Source of the DNA: Vicugna vicugna
Taxonomy: Eukaryota
Assembly: GCA_013265495.1 (NCBI GenBank)
Contig: MU058241.1
Span: 931,249 to 995,248 of the forward strand
Length of the DNA: 64,000 nucleotides
Direction: 5' to 3'
Shown: positions 50,470-62,640 of the stretch, one piece after another
Layout of the letters: every line of letters begins with the position of its first letter
Numbering within the stretch: the stretch's first letter is position 1
Translations under genes and position numbers: made by a program
Notes under the pieces: generated by a model
Database searches by the model: none
The model's input: the letters and a program-made list of their open reading frames with translations, nothing else
Told to the model about the DNA's origin: nothing

Positions 50470-51290
50470 AGATTCTTTTGTGTAAAGCAGGCAGCATCTC
50501 CTCATCATCTAGCCTTGATTTGCAAACAGCACATGAATTGCAAATAACTTCGACTTCATAAATTTATTAGCGGGCTTTGTTCCATGGCAGAGGGGAAAAT
50601 CAGGCCAGGGTGACCTCAGTGTGAGTGCGGCACAAAGCCCCAGGGCACGGTCCCCAGTTTTACTCTCCCTGCATTTGACAGGGAGTGTTCACAATAGCCG
50701 TCTGGAGGTGCGTCTACCTCTCCGGATCCCAGGCCCTGAGAACGTCGCAGAGCCGGCGGACCCGTCTCTAGGGCTGGGTGTCAGCAGCTCAGACGGAGCC
50801 ACCGTGGCTCCAGCTCCCATGCGTTCCAACAGGCACGGAAACGCTCCTTCAAGCCCATTAACTTTGAATGTGGTCCCCACCAACAAGGCCGCCCATTGTT
50901 AACCACAGCTCAATTCCGTGAAATGCTGGTTTTGAATGTTTTGAGTAAAAATTCTTCCCAAGCTGTGAAAAGTTGGCAAGAGCCTGATTAATGGGACTGG
51001 AGCTGAAACAATGCCCCGTGCAGCTAAGTCATCGGGGAAGCTTGGAAAGCGAAGAAGGGCTGGAAACACAGGCATGAGCCAAGGCCAATGACGCCAACCA
51101 AACCAAACAAAATAATGTTATCATCCGGGGGAAGAAACACACAGATTGGTTGCAAAGCGCTCTGGGATGATTTAAAGATAAAACAGTCATGTCTCCAAAT
51201 AAGAACCAAAAAACAAACAAAATTAGAGTCACCATTCTCGGAATCTGAGGACTTGTATGGTTGGTTTTGCCACAACAAAGAACAGGATTC
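50470..51290. promoter_or_regulatory. Candidate enhancer (SOX and POU/homeodomain motif cluster, CpG-rich)
   Basis: No repeat recognised; SOX-type sites at 50575, 50631, 50883-50899 (inverted pair), 51007, 51274; atttgcaa and atgaattgcaaata near 50518-50546; motif evidence only. Confidence 0.3.
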
Positions 51291-51599
51291 CTGGCTCTAC
51301 CCAGGGAAAGCCCGCAGCTACTTGTTTATCTGTCTACAACTCCTCAGACGGCCGTACTTTCTGAAGGGTTGAGCTGATCTCCCTCGGACGTCTCAAAGTT
51401 GCCCCAGTCCGTCTGGTCCTTTGCATTGTCTTCCTCTCTCAGACTCTTGGAATCCTTTCAAATGGTGTGTCTTCAAAGCTCCCCAAAATCTGTTCTCAGC
51501 TGAAGACACCACCTCTGACTCCAGTTGGAAAACATGAGGGCAACAGCCTCAGACTCTTTTGCGTACCCACTCTAAGGATCTCTGTACATTATCTGTATC

Positions 51600-51815
51600 C
51601 AGACCCTGTCCTGGGTTCAGGAAATACTTCCAGCCTGCTCTAAAACTTTCTCTTCATCTTTCACCCCCTCTAAGTCAGCAGCTTAGCCTCCCCAAGCCTC
51701 GGGAGTTAACAGTAAGTAGTACCTGCCTTATTGGGCTGTTGTGACGAATGAACTCTCTCACACATGTGGGATGCTCAGCGCAGTGGTTCCCAACACGGCA
51801 CATCCCTTTACAAAC
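51600..51815 (+). mobile_element. MIR
   Basis: cctgggttcag...cttagcctccccaagcctcg...tagtacctgccttattgggctgttgtgacgaatgaa...atgctcagcgcagtg. Confidence 0.6.
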
Positions 51816-52149
51816 TCGCAGTGAACCCAGCTCTCATGAGCTCCACTGACAGCAACCTTGTCGTATAAGGAAGTCAGATAAACATAGTAATCATCTTCTC
51901 ACTTCCATTTCTGCATCCATCGTTTAATGCCTTGTGCCTTATATATTAAAAACCACGGAAGACAATGCATGTCTCCTCAGGGCCATTCTGATTTCTCCAC
52001 CTGAGACAATACGCTCATGAAGGTACAATAACAACATAGCACATATAGAACAATAACTATTTACAGGATATCTGCTGTGTGGCATGTGCGTATTAGTATT
52101 CAATATATTACAAAATCAATCCAGGTAAAACAACTATATAAAGGTAATG

Positions 52150-52400
52150 CAACTCAGCCACCCAGTGAATGTTTGCTGAGCCTTCCATACACCAGCCTGG
52201 TGATGCGGCAATGATCAAAACTGATGAGTTTGTTCTGAAGAGAGATTTTAGGGTGAAGAGACAAATAACAGACCAAGACCACAAGGTGTACGGTCTACCA
52301 GGAAGTAAGCATTTCTATGAAGAACAGACCAGACAAAGGATAGAGACTAATGGGAATGTGAAGGGACAAGGACCTTTGTGTCTTCATGGAGAAAAGGTGG
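52150..52400 (-). mobile_element. L2 3' end, antisense
   Basis: cagtgaatgtttgctgagccttccatacaccagcctggtgatgcggcaatgatcaaaac...gtaagcatttctatgaagaa. Confidence 0.55.
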
Positions 52401-54054
52401 GAGGAGCGGTTGGGGGAGGGGGTCAGGTGTAAGGGCGAATTCATTTTTTTTTCTCTACACACCTTTATAATGCTTGACTTCATCCATGCAGCATTATCAT
52501 GCTTTGATTAAACACTCTAATAAAACAGCAGGGAAAAGAAAATTAGATTTCCGCACTGTCACAAAATAAACGATGAAACGGACTTAGCTAACATTAGCTG
52601 TGAGGACTGCTCTTTTATCAGTCTGCTCCAGACGTCACATGTTTTGGACTCGCCCTGGCTCCACAGCACAACGAACATGTCTTAGGATTTCCCCTCTCTT
52701 GTCCTGAGTGTGGCCACAGGTAACAGGAAACACAACAGGAGCCTGCTCCCTGCTGGAGCCCGCGATGCCTTCTCCCCTCAAACGCTGCCCCCACTCCCTT
52801 CATCCCTGCCTCCAGGGACAATGAGGTTGGGGGGCTGCCACTGGCCACATGGGAGGCCTGAGGGCAAACTTGAGCATTCTACCTCTTCTGCTAAATTCAC
52901 GATGTAGTGCTTTCAGCCCAACTCCTTATCGTAAGACGTATTCATTGGGAGAGTTGGCCATCTTACTAATTTTAAATAAGTTTTTTATCCTTGGCTTCGA
53001 TGTTCAGTTTCTCCAGCAAATAATGAGAAAAATGCTGCTATAATGAAACAACTGGGTTTTGGAGAAATTATGACTTGCTTGTCTTCTGCAATGTTTTTAT
53101 AATATGTTCTCAGTTACATAATGGTTCACATTATCTGGTAAGTGCCAAGGTCACACTGAGTTCATATTTTGGAAATACCTGTATAAACAGAGTGCTGTGA
53201 AATGACTTTTTTTCCTTTTGGGTGGGGAGGTGATGGGGACTCGCTCCTGGGCAGACAGGAGCTGATTCGAGTCCTTATTGTACCATTTCATCAAATGAAC
53301 TAGAGCACTCGCTTCAACCGACTGGCCCCAAGCTATGCGTCAGCATCTAAACTGTCAGGAGAGATGGATACTCGATAAAAGATGAGTCAGAAGATTAATT
53401 CTAAAGACACCAAAGAAGTCATAGCACAATAAACCTAATTCTGAACACGGCATCATTTCACCACACGCAGAGCATATTTCATTGCTGGCACCGCGTGCGC
53501 CTGCAACCAGGCCGCTTCCTGCTTTTGCCACTTTAATCTGTAGCACGGACTTGCTCCCTGCTGCACAAGGAACCTGCCTAAAAACCAAACTCTCCTTATT
53601 ACTTAGTGAGCCACGTGGTCAAGCATCCCGTCCCAGCATTTCTGCAGCCCCAGTACTCTTGCTATGGGTCATCTGACAAAGCCACATCTTCATCTGAAAA
53701 ACTATCTTATATTTGAAAATGATTTCATTCTGTAATGACCCCCCTCCTAGCCCGAGTTGTCTGTAAGCCCTGGTGGACATATCATGGATTTAGGAAACTA
53801 CCATTCTTACTCGGGAAGATTTCATGAAGCTACTTTCTGTGGTGTACAAAGGTGAATTAACGTGCGAAACAACACGTCAGAGACCATGGTTCCAAGAGTA
53901 GAGAAGGCCACTAAAGTTACCAAACCCCCGCTTCACACCTCAATCTATTTAGAAGTCCGCAGAAGACCCAGGGTAGAAAATCTCCTTTGGCTAAATCCTA
54001 GTTCAGTTATCATGGGAACCACTCACAGGAAGAAACGATACCGATGTTCTCTCC

Positions 54055-54310
54055 AATTTCTACAACGTATAGCCTTGCACACACAGTTAATTCTATATTA
54101 TACACTTGAAAGTTGCCAAGAGTGGACGTCCAAGGTCTCCCCACAGACCAGATGTGGAATTACATAACCTGATGGACGTGTTAGCTAGCCTACAGTGGTG
54201 ACCATATTCCAACACGTAACTGTTTCAGATCAACACTCCATACATCTTAAACTTACACAATGTTACATGTCGTTACATGTCAATCACACTGCAGTAAAGC
54301 TGGGAAGAAG
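54055..54310 (+). mobile_element. L1MA-type 3' end
   Basis: tattatacacttgaaagttgccaagagtgga...tgatggacgtgttagctagcctacagtggtgaccat...catcttaaacttacacaatgttacatgtc...taaagctgggaa. Confidence 0.8.
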
Positions 54311-57300
54311 CATCACTGAACTCGCCCTTCGCCCCCTAGACCAAATTCCTCATTCCTGAGCCTGCACTGGCCCTGCCAGGTCTCGTCTGCTTTATACCTC
54401 CTGCAAAGGCTGTTACACCCCTCCAAGCGGTGCCTCCTTGCTCTGAGTTAAGACAGCTCTTAGCACGGCACTGGTTTCACAAGTACTACAAGCAGCCTGG
54501 ACTGCCATTTCTTTTCTCAGTATCGTGCCTCTGTTCCCACTTGCCTTCTCCTTGGGACAATAAGATGTGTTTTATCAGCATTTTTATCATCCCCATATGA
54601 GAAGATGCAAAGGAGAATGCCCAATTCAACTCCACAGGAAAAATAATATGGCGCGTGTATCAATTACAAATGGATTTTTAGAGGTTGGTGGGAAGACTGT
54701 GCCTTTAAACTCCTTCCAAACACACACTGGTGACCACCTAGACCCTGTCTGCTGGAATCTCACAGGAATGTGCACATCCTGGTCTTGGAGCTGCAGTCAA
54801 CGTTCAAGACACTGGTTACATTTCTCCAGCTATTTATCATATCTGCCTGCCTTTCACATTCCTAGCTCCTCTTAGCCACGCCTACAACACATATTGTATT
54901 GTAGATGCCTGAAAGGTTATCCGTGATAGTAGGCAGCTGGTAAACCATCAGCTGATGTCTGAAGGACCAGCTGTCAGCCCCCAGTCACTCCAGCAATCCC
55001 ACTGCCTGGTCCTAAATTTCTAGCCGCAGGACACAGACATACCTCTCTCCTCCGGAGATACTAATCTCAAAAATACACGAGGAGTTTTCAGGGAACATGA
55101 GGTAAGCATTGAAATGTTACTCTCAAGATAACTAAACGTAAACAGAGTAATCATGCTTTGAGAAAGATTTGAAAATACATCTAGTGCCATTTTCCCTTTA
55201 GGTTCAATTTTTCCCCTAAGAAGCTGCAAGATTAAATCTAGAACAAATAACTCCTTTAAGTACTTGAGTAGGTGTTTTTACTGAATTCCAAGAGTTTGAA
55301 GGAAAGCAATTTTGGTCTCCAGTGATTAGAGCAGGGGCACTGAAATTCATCCCTGCTTTTTTCTGTGTTTCTAGAAAATGATCTGTTTATAATATGTCCT
55401 GAAATCCAGGTAGAACAATTATACTGTTATCCAGGGTAGTTTAAAAAAACACTGAGGTTGTTTTCATACATGTGTTAATAACTATGTTAGCTACGAATGG
55501 TTGGGGGTATTGTATTTCCTTCTGAACTGAAAAGAATTCTCTAAGGTTTCAGCCAAAGCTAAGGTATCAAGCTCCCTAAAGAAGCAAGAAGTCTTTATCC
55601 CACGTTATTGTGGTCACCAGGAACTTCTGCAGTATAACAATAATGTATTTTAATTAAGTAAAAATTCTCAGATGCTTCAGAGTAAGAAGTGATACAAATT
55701 ACTGAACATGTCCTACGTGACATGTATTAAAAACTCATACATATTAAAAACGATCTTTTCTACAATGTCCTTCAAGCAGTATCTGACATTTGAAGTCCAA
55801 CGTTAGCTCATGCTTATCAGCTAAATTCCCAAAGACAGCAACATTTCCCTCCGCGCCCCCTTCCTTAATCCTTCCCTCACTCTCATTTCTGAATACGCTA
55901 GTGACATTTAATTCACACAGGACATTGCTTCTAGATTTCTGCGTTCTAATATGAGATTTAGTTAATTACGCTGCAAAAGGCATGATACTGCCACAATTAC
56001 ATTTTGTGCAAGAAAAAAAGGTAGTATTCTGCTCAGGGGAAAAGAAAGCAGTCAGACAGCTGTGTCCCTGAGGAAAGTAACTCAACCAGCATCTCCACCT
56101 GCCCCTCCCTGACTTGTCCACTATCCTGCCCCAATCCCACTCCTTCTAAGCTCCTCTCCTTGCAACACTCAGCCCTGGACTTCCGGGGAAGTGAACACAT
56201 CCCAGCCTCGGGCACAGTCTGATTTGAATGAGGACTGGTGCGGGGCTGAGGATTTCAACCGGGCAGGGCCGGATGCTCTGGGGTACGCCAGAAGAGAGGA
56301 AAGTCTGTAAGAAACCAGGAATCAGGTTGCGCTGCCTTGGAAAACGGTTGTTCGGACATCATGCCACCCATCCAGGCTGAAGAGAGTAAAGGGGAGACTT
56401 CCTGGGGTGTTCCGGGGAAAGCGTCTTTGCTCTTTAAGCAGGACCACAGGATGAAACGGCCCTCCTCCTTCCTGACGGTGTGTGCAGGAGGTCCTGACGC
56501 CCTGTGCTACCAGGCAGGCCGACGATGACTGCGCTCTCACAATCTCATCAACTAAAGTCAACATTCAGAAACACTCCGAAGGAAAACTACCCTTTTCTGA
56601 GAAGCACAGCAAGAGTGGAAACTACAGAGTGTTCTTAAGAGTCTTCCTCATGTCCTTAATATGCCTCTGGGGAAGCAGCTGCTGAACAACCAGCATGAGC
56701 TTGTTCAGGATTCACACGGAACCCAATGCCTAACTGGTGCCCTCCACGGGCTCCTCATGAGCCCAAACCCATTTCCCAAATAGAAACCCCACGGAGCTGA
56801 CTTTCAGATCCCATTTGTGACACCAAGAAGGTTGGACTAGGGTTAGAAATGCGGTGCACTGTTCTTTGCTTTCTCTGTAATGTTCTCTGTTCTTGAGACG
56901 TTAAATTCTGTGTTGATAGATCGAGGTCATTTTGATAGAAATTCTCATTGTTACGGTGTCTACGAGATCTTTTCTTCTCACTTGGAAATGCAGTACATAA
57001 ATAAACAACTAGTTTTCCTATCAAATGCTAATCTAAACCACAAGTATCTCGTACTGCAATCAGACACTTCGGGATTCTCATCCACAGAACTGGGTCTTTC
57101 CTCTTTGGGATTTTTTGGTCACACCGTCTTTGAATGGCAATCCTAAATTCCTTCACTATTCTGGGTGACCTTGATGAGAAAAGGAATCTTTGCTTTCTTC
57201 CAACATAGCACTGAGGTCATTTCTTCTCATTTAGACACAATTTTATTTTGTTTGACTCCGTTCTCTCTCAACACTGGGCTCCAGGAACATGCCTGAAGGA

Positions 57301-58034
57301 CAATGCGGAGTGGGACTGGGGTCAAACACGTGCCGTCTGATCCATCCGCCGCCGTGTTACGTTTACCGGAGAAGAGGTCACACCTCAAAGGTTATTGGTA
57401 GCCTGTCAGCCCAGTCCCATGGGCACAGTCTTCACTTTGTGATCTGGAATCCCTGGGTTTGGCTGGGTTTTTCTCAAAAAACCTGCCCCTCCCGTTACTT
57501 CTGTCCTGGCCTACACTCTTCCCATCCAAGAACTGTTCCCATGAACACTTGTCTTCCCTCTGAGCTGACCTTTCTCAGGGCGTGTGTCTTCTCACCTGGA
57601 CTGCTCTGCCCAACCCATAAATCAATTACAGCAGCATGAGTCTCCGAGCATGAAATGACTTCTTGGAGCTGCCTCTCTCTCAGCCACCAGAAGAAATCCA
57701 CTCTAAAATGAGCAGCCACCAAGCAAAGCATTTGAAAAGGCTGAGGGTATTTGATAAACACCACACGGAAACGTTCAATTAAAATTGGTCAAGTAACTGT
57801 AACAGATAGAAAAACAGCAACTGTGAGTCGCCAAATTAGATTAGGCCGTAGACTCCTGGTCCATTACCCCCTCTAGGGCGTCCTTGATAATGTCCTAAAC
57901 ATCAAGTTTCACAGTGAGGCAGAAATTTCCCCATCATGAACTTGAGAGAGTATCAGAAATGGAAACACAAGGGCCAAAATCGATCTTACGTTGTTTAAAG
58001 TGCTTTATAAAGAGCTTTCGTTTTCACTACAACC

Positions 58035-58240
58035 CTGCATAGCTACATGAACGCGGTCACTAGTGGCTACACGTGGCGCATCACATTTATATTTATGTGA
58101 ATTAAAATTTAATAAAATTTAAAAGTAAGTTTCTCAATCACTGTGGCCACATGTCAAGGACTCAAAAGCCACAGGAGGCGAACGGTCGCCATACCGGACA
58201 GCACACAGGGAGCCTCTGGACCATCAGAGGCGGCGAGTGG
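58035..58240 (-). mobile_element. MER3/MER33-type hAT-Charlie relic
   Basis: ggtcactagtggctacacgtggc...aattaaaatttaataaaatttaaaagtaagtttctcaatcactgtggccacatgtcaaggactcaaaagccaca...ataccggacagcac. Confidence 0.75.
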
Positions 58241-59499
58241 TTGCCATACATCTCAATGACTAATAGACATGGCTTGTGGGTCAGTCACCTGAGGACTTCT
58301 TCACGTCCCTGGGTCCTGGGCATCAGACTCCCTCTATGCCTGACACATGTTATGCATCCAGTCAATGCATTTGGAAGTAGACTTAATGTGCATGCGATGG
58401 TAACTCTTTGGAAACTCGTTTCGGTCCATATATAGTTAGTGTGAGTATTAGAAAATGCATGCTGCATTTTATTGATCAAAAACGTTACAATTTCCATAGG
58501 TCAACACAGCAGAAGAATCAAACACACCTAACTATTACAGCTTTAGAGGCAGATGTCATGGTCTCCTGATACGAAGGAGAGCACAGCTCACTTTCTAACA
58601 TCTCCCACGAAAGCCTTGCCTGTTCGAACCAAGAACACTCTGGTGTAAGGGTGACAAGACCCCTTCTTTATGTCTCTATTTGTCTTTCTACACACACACA
58701 CACATCTTCTTCTTTCTCTGTCTTTGTACACCTTCTCTCTCCGGCTGACTCTTTCCCCCCTCACTCATGCACCACTGTTCTTTCTTACTGCTCTTACTCT
58801 CCTCCTCACCAAATGTTTCTATTTCCATCCAGGTTTTCCACCCAAGCTGCCTGCCGGGTCTGAGCCTCTCCGTTCTCAGACTTCTCTGGTCCCCTCACCT
58901 CTATCAGCTGTTCCGCTCTCGTCCGTGAATGTAACACGGCCTCCCAACGAGGCCGTTTGCCGCAAGCAGGCTGTCTGGGCTCTTCAGGCCCACACGAACC
59001 CTCCCTGAGACACACATCCAGGCTGCATCCGTGTTGGGAAGACACAGCCCTGCTCACCTTGGTTCCAGAGGTCAGACTGTAGCTGACCTGGGGGAGGACT
59101 GAAAGGACACCCAGATATGAATACTGCAGCAGCCAGGGCATTCCCGGTTAAAATTCTGGGACATCTGTGAGAGGCAGCAGCTGAACTCCGTGGGACTGGA
59201 GCACAGGCCCTGCTGCAGAGCGCACCTTTAACACACGCTGCACTAGCTCACTGCCAGCCTGCACAAACCGAGCTCCACTGTGCTGTCACTTTCTTCTCGT
59301 CTATGTTTACGTAGACCCTAACTCATCAGACTGCAGCTCACTCCCCCATCAAAGCAAACCTGCGGTAAACTGAGAAGCGGTGGGAGGAAGGTCCCCTGCA
59401 GTGGCAGTCCTGCCATCTGTCTGCTCCCGGGCACAGAAGGGCTGGGGTACCACGTGCACACGGCGTGCACAGTTGCACTAGGCCTCTGCAACGTCAGAT

Positions 59500-60690
59500 G
59501 CTTTTTAACTGAGGCCACACTCATCGTGATGTCTCTCTCTCATCCTTGCGTCTGCTGCAGCAGCCCAGACCTGGACTCCATCTGTGGTCATCTACCGGCT
59601 GATTTTATTTTCCATTACTGCGCTCTCTCCGGAGGGCGAGTGGCAGCGTCTCACCTTCAGACCTCCACCTTCCTTCCTTCATGGTCGCTTGACTGACCAC
59701 TCTCAGTAGCACCCGGCCCACGTGTTCCCAGGACCCACTGCCCTTGTTTTCTCTTGTTTCACATGCACTTAGGTCACAGCGAACGTTCATCTTCAGCATC
59801 GCTTCCCCTGGCGTTGGCTCTGCACTTTGTCATACTCTGGTTCCCGTCACCCCGCTAGGTGACACCTGCTGGGAAGCCCACACCCAAATGCCAGGTAGAC
59901 AACAATGCACTACCAATCACCAAAACCAATTAGGGACTTTAAAATATCCAGAAAAACTGACACCTCTTTTAGTCCAACCACATAAGCACTTTGCACCATT
60001 CTTCTTTTCAAGGTTCACTACTCTGCAAACCATTCTTGCCTCACTCTTTAGTCTCCACAAAGGACACAGTCCTTCCCTCATCCTTCAAGTAGGAACTCCG
60101 CAGCCCCTACCTCCAGGTCCAGGAGTCGTCCAACCAAGGCACGTCCTCTCCTCACCCCTCACGTCCCCTCCTGAGAGCAGCCCCCACTTGTTCTCTGGAT
60201 TCCATCCCCTCCTTCTCAGGGACATCACACTCAACTCCACCTTCTCTCTCTGCTCTTCCCGTTTCTACTAGAATATTCAGGAAAACATTTACATATCGTA
60301 TCTTCAAGTCTCTCATCAAGAAAGGAAGGAAAGAAGGCAGGAAGGTAGGACAAAAGAATCGAGGGAGGGAGGCAGGAAGGAAGATGAAAGAAAAAATGAA
60401 AAGAAGGAAAGAAAGAGAACGTCTCCTTTATTCTGACTTCCCTATCCAGCGACTACTTTCTCAACTCCTGATATAATTTCCTCAGTTACTTTTTTCGTTT
60501 CCCCATTTCCCGTTCACTCCTCACACTATTAATTTGTCTTCCAAAAAACGGCTCCTGCTAGGGTCACCATCACAGCCGTCCTGCAGAGCTCAACGGATGC
60601 TTTTCACTTTTCTTCCTTCTCCCAGAGTCTAATGTTCCTTCTCATTTCACTTGGTTCGCTTGGCCACCCTCATCTATCTCTGGTTTCTTT
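59500..60690 (+). mobile_element. L2 ORF2 fragment
   Basis: cccccacttgttctctggattccatcccctccttctcagggacatcac...cttcaagtctctcatcaagaaa...ctcctgctagggtcacc. Confidence 0.65.
60318..60419 (+). repeat. Degenerate (GGAA/GAAA)n purine tract within L2
   Basis: aagaaaggaaggaaagaaggcaggaagg...gagggagggaggcaggaaggaag...aagaaggaaagaaagagaa. Confidence 0.75.
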
Positions 60691-61250
60691 TGCTGTCAAA
60701 TTACAGAAGGCCAGCTGTAACTATCTGAGGCAAAAGGAGAGTACATGGGGGGAACGAACCACACCAGCAGGGAAAGGAAGGGTGCTGGCACAGCTGGACA
60801 CCGGGGATGGAATTCCACCAGGAGCCAGTCTGTGCCATCTCCCCTTGGCTCCAACTCTCTCCACCTCCTGAGCCTAGGAGTGTCCACGTCTCTCCACGCA
60901 TGGGCTTTATTCTTTCTGATGAGCAGATCCAGCTGAAAACACGGTGCCCTGATGTCCCTCCCCTTCGAGTTCCCACGCTTCCTATCTCTGAATCTCTGCA
61001 CAGGAACAGAAGTGAGTCCTAGCTCCAGTTTGAAGCTTCTCAGAAAGGACAGGCAATTGTCTCCCTGGGTCACACTGCACCACTGGAGCCATCAACGGCT
61101 GTCAGAACAGAGGAATTCAGAAGACTACAGGAAGATCTCATGGGTAATCCAGTTCCAGCGCAACTCCAGGAAGAAACGTGTGCACAGGAGTGAGTAATTC
61201 TCTGCGGTGAGACGGGGAGTGCTGAGCAGAAGCACACTGGACCGTTGCTA
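60690..61250 (-). mobile_element. Old MaLR LTR (MLT1K/L-like), antisense
   Basis: tgggctttattctttctga...aattgtctccctgggtcacactgcaccactggagccatcaacggctgtcag resembles the antisense old MLT1 motif gattggcccagcttgggtcacgtgcccacccctgaaccaatcactgtggccag. Confidence 0.5.
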
Positions 61251-61359
61251 TGCGAGCCCTCAGGCTTTGGAACTTCTCAAGAGCCCTTCCCTGACTTGTC
61301 CTCTCACTCCGACTTCCTACCTGCAACTCAGTTACACCCACGATGTTATAATTACCATC

Positions 61360-61776
61360 TGTATTAGTCAGGCTCCTCCAGAGAGAGAGAACCAACAGGA
61401 GGTACATACATGTGGAAAGACACTTAGTTTAAGGAACTGGCTCATGTTAGAGGGGGAGGGAACGTTCTAAACCCGCGTGCCGGGCCATCACGCTGGAGAC
61501 CCAGGAAGCGCAGACACTGTAGCTCAAGTCCGAAGGCCATGTTGGCAGCATTTTCTCTCACTCAGGAGAGGCCAGTCTTACTCTATTCAGGCCTCCGACA
61601 GATTGCATGAGCTCCCCAGCCCCCTATTATGCAGGGCAATCTGCTTTGCTCAATGTCTTCCCATTTAAATGTTAAGCTCATTCAAAAACACTCTCACAGG
61701 AACATCCAGAATAATGTTTGACCACATTTCCAGACGCCACGGCCCAGCCAAGCAGACAAATATAATTAATCATCAT
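61360..61776 (-). mobile_element. MLT2-type ERVL solo LTR
   Basis: tgtattagtcaggctcctccagagagagagaaccaacagga...aaggaactggctca...gggcaatctgctttgctcaa...aacatccagaataatgtttgacca...ggcccagccaagcagacaaatataattaatcatca. Confidence 0.9.
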
Positions 61777-61779
61777 TTC

Positions 61780-62640
61780 ACCCCTAGCTCATCTTTCTCG
61801 TTTGAGATTCAGACCAGTACCCAAGTCTACTTAATATTTACCTCCACTGAAGTTTCAAGGACACCTGAAGCTCACAGTTCCAGACAGGACTCATAACCTT
61901 TTCTCCAGGCTGGGCTCCTTCTAGCATCCACAGCGTCCTGCCCATCCAATTAATCAAACCACAGGCCTGAGATGCACCCTTGAGGGCTCCCCTCCCCAGC
62001 CTTCTCCCACCACCACCGAGACACCAATGAGCACCGTACCATCAGGCTCATCTCCAGACCACTTCTCAAGGGCATCTAACTTGTTCCACGCACCACAGGG
62101 CACCTGCACACGAGCCCTCTTTGTCTCTGAGCTCAATTACTGTGACAGCCCTCGTCCCCTTCTTGTGTTTCTGTTCTCTCTCTTGTTCTTAAGGAACGGC
62201 TGAGACTCAGTACTTCTGAAAAAGCCCTACAAGATAGCCCTCCTTTTACCCTCCCTATTTACCGTGTGCTCTGCCTCCAGCTCGTAATGCCCGGCCGCTC
62301 CCATCCCATACATTCTAACTCAGTGACGGCCTCTCGGTCCCTTTATCACCCATGCACCGTGTGCTCTGGGAGCGTGCCCTGGACAACTCACACCACCCTC
62401 GTCCCAAGCCCTGCTCCCGCTGGCCTGATGAACAAACACCAACCCATCAGGAAAACCTTTTCTGGCCCACAACACCAGGCAGGTCTATCGACAGAATGTG
62501 TCACGTTTTAAGGGCATATCTTTGTGAATATTTGTTTAGTATCTGACTCCCCACTAGTTGGATGGCTCCCTGAAAGCAGCGTGACTTGAGTTTCAATCAA
62601 GTAGTAAGCGCCCTAAAAAGGTTTGTTTACTGAGTGCTTT
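61780..62640 (+). mobile_element. L2 3' portion including the terminus
   Basis: tgagattcagaccagtacccaagtctacttaatatttacctccactga...ctgactccccactagttggatggctccctgaaagcag...gtagtaagcgccctaaaaaggtttgtttactgagtg. Confidence 0.75.

Noticed and set aside
59744..60271. 175-aa ORF
   Set aside because: It lies in C/T-rich decayed L2 sequence with a TTG start, and its Leu/Pro/Ser-rich composition is typical of chance frames.
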